Part shown: positions 7,144 to 11,852 of the stretch, one piece after another
Layout of the letters: each line of letters begins with the position of its first letter
How positions within the stretch are numbered: position 1 is the first letter of the stretch
Source of the DNA: a candidate division WOR-3 bacterium
GTDB lineage: Bacteria; Hydrothermota; Tepidihabitantia; SM23-42; JAOAFX01
DNA: 11,852 nt
Assembly (NCBI GenBank): GCA_037444665.1
Contig: JBBILZ010000064.1
Coordinates: 1-11,852, forward strand
Direction of reading: 5' to 3'
Position numbers and translations under genes: made by a program
The notes under the pieces: model-generated
Seen by the model: only the letters and a program-made list of their open reading frames with translations
Databases searched by the model: none
Told to the model about the DNA's origin: nothing

Positions 7144-7889
7144 CCAAACCTGCCTATTATGTAATCGTTTGTGCGTTTATCACGGGGTGCAGTAAAAAGT
7201 TGTTCAGTGGATTCAACTTCAATAAGTTCACCAGAAAGGAAAAAAGCATTTCTTGTTCCGATGCGCGCTGCCTGTTTTGTATTATTGGTGACAAGAATAA
7301 AAGTAAATTTATCTTTTAAGGCGAGCATGGTATTTTCAATCTTTGCAGTGGAAATGGGGTCTAATCCAGAACAAGGTTCATCCATCATAATTACCTCTGG
7401 TTTCAGGGCAATGGTGCGGGCAATACATAGTCGTTGTTGCTGACCGCCAGAAAGATTTGAGGCAGAGTCCCAGAGTCGGTCCTTAACCTCTTCCCAAAGT
7501 CCGGCTGAAGCAAGTGAAAAATATACGAGTTCATCAAGTTCTTTTTTTGAATAATTGTTATGCATTTTTGGACCATAAACAATATTTTTATAGATTGTCC
7601 CGGGTAGCACAATCGGTGTGGCAAAGATCAGACCGACCCTGCGCCTCAGTTCATTTACCGGAATATCTTTTATATTCACACCATCAAGTTCTATTTTACC
7701 CTGCACAATTGCTCCGTCCAAATCAGCAAGCCTATTCAATGCCCTTAACAAAGAACTCTTTCCTGAATTTGCCGGACCAATTATTGAAAAAATTTCATTA
7801 GCATATATATTTAGGTTTATATTTTTTAATGCGTGGATTTTATCAAAAAGAAGATTCAAATCAGTTATTTTAATTTTACAATCTGACAT
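7140..7889 (-). CDS. pstB: Phosphate ABC transporter ATP-binding protein PstB (copy with degenerate Q-loop and H-loop)
   Basis: Walker A GPANSGKSS, intact LSGGQQQRLCIAR, MMDEPCSGLDP and C-terminal YIIGRFG. Q-loop reads IFATP and H-loop VTNN. Start is ATG 7889 (just after the pstA stop) or ATG 7907. Confidence 0.92.
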   Translation of the reverse strand: MSDCKIKITDLNLLFDKIHALKNINLNIYANEIFSIIGPANSGKSSLLRALNRLADLDGAIVQGKIELDGVNIKDIPVNELRRRVGLIFATPIVLPGTIYKNIVYGPKMHNNYSKKELDELVYFSLASAGLWEEVKDRLWDSASNLSGGQQQRLCIARTIALKPEVIMMDEPCSGLDPISTAKIENTMLALKDKFTFILVTNNTKQAARIGTRNAFFLSGELIEVESTEQLFTAPRDKRTNDYIIGRFG

Positions 7890-7890
7890 A

Positions 7891-8733
7891 TCAATAATAT
7901 CTGGCAATAAAGCGATGCATCAACCGATAAGCAATAAAATTGATAACAAGGATACTGATAATCAAAACCATTGCTGTACCATAAGCTTTGGGCATTGATA
8001 TACCTTCACGGGCAAGGATATAAAAGTGGACGGCAAGGGTGCGAGTTGAAGAGAACAGAGAAGTGGGTATATTTAATGAGGAGCCAGCAGTGAAGATTAC
8101 TGCAGCAGTCTCGCTCACTGCCCTGCCAATACCAAGTATGATTCCGGTCAGGATACCTGGAAATGCAGTAGGAAGGACAATCTTAAGGATTGTATCAATT
8201 TTACCCACACCTAAGGAGTAACTGATCTCTCTATAGGATTTAGGAACAGACTTTATCGCCTCTTCAGAAGTTCTAATAATGGTAGGAAGAATCATAACCG
8301 CAAGGGTCAGCCCACCGGAGATTATACTCCATCCCAAATTCAATGTGATAACAAAAAAGATAAAACCGAAGAGTCCAAAGATGATTGAAGGAACGCCAGC
8401 CAGACAATCCGCACCAAAACTTATTAGCCTTCTTATCATTCCACCTCTGGTATATTCAGTGAGATATAGGGCACTGCCCAGACCAAGTGGAGTGGCGACA
8501 ACAATTGCGAACAATGTAACCAGAATAGTTCCAATTATTGATGGGAATATGCCGCCTTCTTTTCCCATCTCTTTTGTTTTCTGGGTTAAAAATTCCCAGG
8601 TCAGTGAACTAAAACCATTTTTAAAGACAAAAGCAATGATAAAGATGAGGATGAAGATTACAAAGATTGTGCAGACCAGTAAGAATGTGTAAGCTATAAT
8701 CTGACTGGTTCTCGGTCCGATTCTAAATTTCAT
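7891..8733 (-). CDS. pstA: Phosphate ABC transporter permease PstA
   Basis: GGIFPSIIGT, LAGVPSIIFGLFG, ILPTIIRTSEEAIKSVP, GRAVSETA and RTLAVH; position after pstC. Confidence 0.95.
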   Translation of the reverse strand: MKFRIGPRTSQIIAYTFLLVCTIFVIFILIFIIAFVFKNGFSSLTWEFLTQKTKEMGKEGGIFPSIIGTILVTLFAIVVATPLGLGSALYLTEYTRGGMIRRLISFGADCLAGVPSIIFGLFGFIFFVITLNLGWSIISGGLTLAVMILPTIIRTSEEAIKSVPKSYREISYSLGVGKIDTILKIVLPTAFPGILTGIILGIGRAVSETAAVIFTAGSSLNIPTSLFSSTRTLAVHFYILAREGISMPKAYGTAMVLIISILVINFIAYRLMHRFIARYY

Positions 8734-9563
8734 TCTCTGCTTGCAACCTTTATTGCAATTATATTGAGCAAAACAATTATAATAAAAAGGATTGTGCCAC
8801 AGGCAAAGAGTGCGGCGCGGTGGTCTCCAGTAGAATACCCCAATTCCAGCGCAATAGTGGAAGTGATGGTTCTGACCGGGTCAAGAACAGAACCAGGTAT
8901 TTTGAGCGCATTACCTGCAATCATTATCACTGCCATAGTCTCACCGATTGCTCTGCCCATTCCTAAGATTTTTGCAGCAATAATTCCTGAACGGGCAGAT
9001 GGAAAAAGAACCATTAAAACGGTCTGCCATTTTGTTGCTCCTAAGGCATAAGAACCCTCGCGGTAAGATTGAGGCACAGCAACTAATGAATCATAGGAGA
9101 TACTGACAATCGTGGGTAAGATCATAATGCCCAGGATAATTGATGCACTCAGGACCGAAAAACCCGAACCGCCAAGTGTATTTCTGATCAGTGGTATAAG
9201 TATCACAATGCCAATAAATCCATAAACAACCGAGGGGATGCCTGCAAGCAGTTCAATAATAGGTTTAAGGATTTTTTGCGCTGGTGGTGGTGCGAATTCT
9301 GCAAGAAATATGGAACAAGCAAGGCTCAGGGGAACACCTATAATGAGTGCACCTATTGTAACTAATAATGAACCAACAATCATTGAAAATATACCAAAAT
9401 TGCCTTTTGTTGGCGCCCAGTGCGTGGAAAAGAAATTTTTTAATCCGACTTTGAATATCAATGGTACGCCCTGGATAAATATAAAGATGGTTATTAATAA
9501 TAGTGAGATAATTGCAGAAAAAGAGATAATTAATAAAATTTTTTCAGCAGTCTTCTCTTTCAT
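8730..9563 (-). CDS. pstC: Phosphate ABC transporter permease PstC
   Basis: IELLAGIPSVVYGFIG, MILPTI, EGSYALGATKWQT (EAA loop) and GMGRAIGETMAVIMIAGN. Confidence 0.95.
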   Translation of the reverse strand: MKEKTAEKILLIISFSAIISLLLITIFIFIQGVPLIFKVGLKNFFSTHWAPTKGNFGIFSMIVGSLLVTIGALIIGVPLSLACSIFLAEFAPPPAQKILKPIIELLAGIPSVVYGFIGIVILIPLIRNTLGGSGFSVLSASIILGIMILPTIVSISYDSLVAVPQSYREGSYALGATKWQTVLMVLFPSARSGIIAAKILGMGRAIGETMAVIMIAGNALKIPGSVLDPVRTITSTIALELGYSTGDHRAALFACGTILFIIIVLLNIIAIKVASRE

Positions 9564-10348
9564 TGATTGATTTCATTGACAGGAATCAACCCATTATGTT
9601 GCAGAATTTTTTGTGCCTCAGGAGAAAGGGTAAATTCAATTAGCGATTTAACAATTCCACGGGGCTGTTCTCTGGTTAACAAAAGAAATGGTCGCACAAA
9701 TTTATATTCACCATTTACAAAATTTGCTACAGATGGATAGACCCCATCTATTGCTACTGCTTTGACCCTTTCATCAACAAGCCCAGCAGAAATATATCCG
9801 ATTGATTGTGGGGTAGCTGCGATAATCTCTCTTATGGCTCCGTTTGAATCCTGAACAAGGCAGGCATCACTGATGACTGCTTCATGCATAATCAATTCTT
9901 CAAATGCACCCCTTGTGCCTGAACCTTCTTCACGCGTTACCACAATTATTTTTTTGTCCATACCGCCTATCTCTTTCCAGTTTTTTATTCTTCCACTGAA
10001 TATATCCTTTAATTGGTTATGGGTCAAATTCATTATTGGATTACTTTTATGGACAATTACTGCAATACCATCCAGTGCCATTGTGAATATGTGCAGTCCC
10101 TGTTCTTCGGGTTTTAAATTTCTTGATGATGTGCCAATTGCACAGGTACCATTAAATACTGCCTGGATACCGGCAGTAGAACCTCCACCCTGAACATTTA
10201 TCTTCACTTCTGGATGCTTTGCCATATATTCCTCTGTGATTTTTTCTATAAATGGTTCTACTGAGGTTGAGCCAGCAATAATGATATCACCGGACTTTCT
10301 GGAGCAGAAACAGCATAGAATAGAGATAGAAATTAACAGAAAGCGCAC
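9560..10348 (-). CDS. pstS: Phosphate ABC transporter substrate-binding lipoprotein PstS
   Basis: AGSTSV, VQGGGSTAGI, IGTSSR, DGIAVIV, REEGSGTRGAF and IGYIS. A start at in-frame GTG 10348 gives the signal peptide MRFLLISISILCCFC. The ORF-track TTG 10381 is the -35 box. Confidence 0.93.
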   Translation of the reverse strand: MRFLLISISILCCFCSRKSGDIIIAGSTSVEPFIEKITEEYMAKHPEVKINVQGGGSTAGIQAVFNGTCAIGTSSRNLKPEEQGLHIFTMALDGIAVIVHKSNPIMNLTHNQLKDIFSGRIKNWKEIGGMDKKIIVVTREEGSGTRGAFEELIMHEAVISDACLVQDSNGAIREIIAATPQSIGYISAGLVDERVKAVAIDGVYPSVANFVNGEYKFVRPFLLLTREQPRGIVKSLIEFTLSPEAQKILQHNGLIPVNEINQ

Positions 10349-10353
10349 AGCTA

Positions 10354-10381
10354 ATTCTACACAAAAAATACTGGATGTCAA
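10354..10381 (-). promoter_or_regulatory. Sigma70-type promoter of the pst operon (likely leaderless transcript)
   Basis: Minus strand TTGACA (10381-10376), 16 nt, TAGAAT (10359-10354), only 5 nt before GTG 10348. No Shine-Dalgarno sequence. Confidence 0.65.
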
Positions 10382-10427
10382 CAGAGCAGGGTTAAAAAAT
10401 TTGTGTGATATAGATTACAAAAAATAA

Positions 10428-11714
10428 TTATCTTTGCGAAAGAAGGGTCTTGATCTTCTGATAAATTTCTCGCTTTTGCCCTGAATAATACCAGGTGTAG
10501 AAGTGGTTGTTATGATAAAGGGGGTCAGCATCCGCATTTAGCCCGGACTTATTGAATTCTTCTGTGTGGGGGATAGGTGAGAATTCGCACAGATGGGGAT
10601 GAACACCAAGACTATGGCACAATTTTATCCCTTCAATAATCTCTTCACTGGACTGACCAGGCATACCATAAAGTAGATAAACATGGAGTTGGTCAGGCGA
10701 AAATCCTGTTTCTTTTAATATTTCAACTGCCCTTAAAAATTCATCAGTATTAACCTTATTGCCCGTATCTTTTTGCACTGCAGGATTCGTTGTCTCAAGG
10801 CTCAAATACATTGTTTTGAAATTTGCTTTATGCATTAATCGCGCAATACCTTTATCAATAAATCGGCAATGCAGACCATTTGAACTGTGAAGGTTTATCC
10901 TTAAGTTTTCTGAGATAATTTTTTCAAGAATTTCCGCAAAATGCGGATTACATAAAAGTGCATCATCAAAAAAGGCGATGTTATTCGTTTTTTGAGATAA
11001 ATATCTAATCTGTTGAAGTATCAGTTTAATATTATAATAATAAAATTCTGGAGATAATATATGGGTTGCACAATATGTGCAATTAAAAGGGCATCCTCTT
11101 GAACTTATTATCACACCATAATTGAGCGTATTATATAATGAAAAATCAGGAATGATTTCATATGTATTTATGTATTTATTAAAAAATCCTTTTTTCTTGA
11201 GAAAATCAATCAGCGAAGTCTCAGCACTACCAGTTATAATATAATCAGCCCCGGAATTTTTTTCTGCATAGTCTTTACATAGCGTAGCAAAAAGTCCACC
11301 AAGAATTATTGGGATATCAGGATATATATCTTTTAAGATTCTTATCGCTCCAACTACACCTAAATACCAGTAAGTCATTGATGAAGTGACAAATATTAAA
11401 TCTGGTTTTTTAAGTAATTTAACCTGTTCAATGAAAATTTTTTCAGGAATGCCATATCGTTTATATCTACGGGGTATGTTTTTGTAAATTTGCGGTTTAT
11501 CAACAATTTCATAGTGGTATTTTCCACGACCATAGATATCGGTCTTTGTTTCGGTCTTAAAATAGGGGCTCAACCTGTCCATACAATCAATAAAATCTAT
11601 TTCAAATCCTGCCTTTTTAAGAATATCCGCAACTATTAACAGACCTACTGGTTTATTCCAGAAGTCAAACGCCTTAAAGTCATAGATCCAGGGGTTAATT
11701 AAGAGTGCGCGCAT
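10428..11714 (-). CDS. B12-binding-domain radical SAM protein
   Basis: N-terminal cobalamin-binding-type region (LLINP...PVGLLIVADIL...PIILGGLFATL), SSRGCPFNCTYC (CxxxCxxC), FFDD and LYGMPGQS. Confidence 0.9.
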   Translation of the reverse strand: MRALLINPWIYDFKAFDFWNKPVGLLIVADILKKAGFEIDFIDCMDRLSPYFKTETKTDIYGRGKYHYEIVDKPQIYKNIPRRYKRYGIPEKIFIEQVKLLKKPDLIFVTSSMTYWYLGVVGAIRILKDIYPDIPIILGGLFATLCKDYAEKNSGADYIITGSAETSLIDFLKKKGFFNKYINTYEIIPDFSLYNTLNYGVIISSRGCPFNCTYCATHILSPEFYYYNIKLILQQIRYLSQKTNNIAFFDDALLCNPHFAEILEKIISENLRINLHSSNGLHCRFIDKGIARLMHKANFKTMYLSLETTNPAVQKDTGNKVNTDEFLRAVEILKETGFSPDQLHVYLLYGMPGQSSEEIIEGIKLCHSLGVHPHLCEFSPIPHTEEFNKSGLNADADPLYHNNHFYTWYYSGQKREIYQKIKTLLSQR

Positions 11715-11757
11715 TTTTTTTAATATAAGACTAAATTTTTTATGCTACCACAAAATG

Positions 11758-11852
11758 TTAAATAGCAGATATCTTTGCTATCTCTTCAAGATTTTTCACA
11801 AATAACTTAAAGTATTCTATATCAGGTAGAATACTGCTGAAGACCTGTGATG
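11758..11852 (-). CDS. Probable 3' end of an upstream CDS entering from the right edge
   Basis: Open frame from 11850 reads SQVFSSILPDIEYFKLFVKNLEEIAKISAI* (TAA at 11760-11758). The other two minus frames stop early. It is co-oriented with the radical SAM gene. Confidence 0.5.
   Translation of the reverse strand, partial: SQVFSSILPDIEYFKLFVKNLEEIAKISAI

Noticed and set aside
10382..10427. Pho box upstream of pstS
   Set aside because: Candidate half-sites (TGTAA, TATCA, TTTAA) do not fall on an 11-bp period, and the promoter already has a consensus -35.
70..10427. Numerous short ORFs antisense to or overlapping fadD, the TPR gene and the pst genes (e.g. 4008-4397, 5787-6170, 8279-8692)
   Set aside because: They are shadow frames of well-supported genes with no independent motifs or translation signals.
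11736..11763. Partial XerD-arm match AAATGTTAAAT
   Set aside because: There is no XerC-like arm 6 bp upstream, so it is probably a chance match in AT-rich DNA.
11763..11835. Two short hairpins (ATAGCA/TGCTAT and AGTATTCTA/TAGAATACT)
   Set aside because: They are AT-rich, lie inside a probable CDS end and lack U-tracts; likely chance.

Overview
An AT-rich bacterial chromosomal segment made mostly of housekeeping genes. From left to right: (1) on the minus strand, an acyltransferase-3 (OafA-like) membrane protein translationally coupled to a long-chain acyl-CoA synthetase that runs off the left edge; (2) a ~585-bp divergent intergenic region; (3) on the plus strand, xerC, a small exported hypothetical protein and a TPR protein; (4) converging on these, a minus-strand pstS-pstC-pstA-pstB-pstB-phoU operon, preceded by a B12-binding radical SAM gene and the 3' end of another ORF. 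Three signals stand out. First, the two PstB ATPases carry complementary motif losses that all map to one of the two composite ATP sites, suggesting an obligate asymmetric heterodimer. Second, the intergenic region holds three GTAG-type REP-like palindromes with a compensatory base-pair swap, and they bracket a ~145-nt rod-like fold that may be a structured ncRNA or a small non-autonomous element. Third, three sigma70-type promoters all have a perfect TTGACA, a 16-bp spacer and very short or absent leaders. All calls come from reading the sequence by eye; no searches or folding programs were run.
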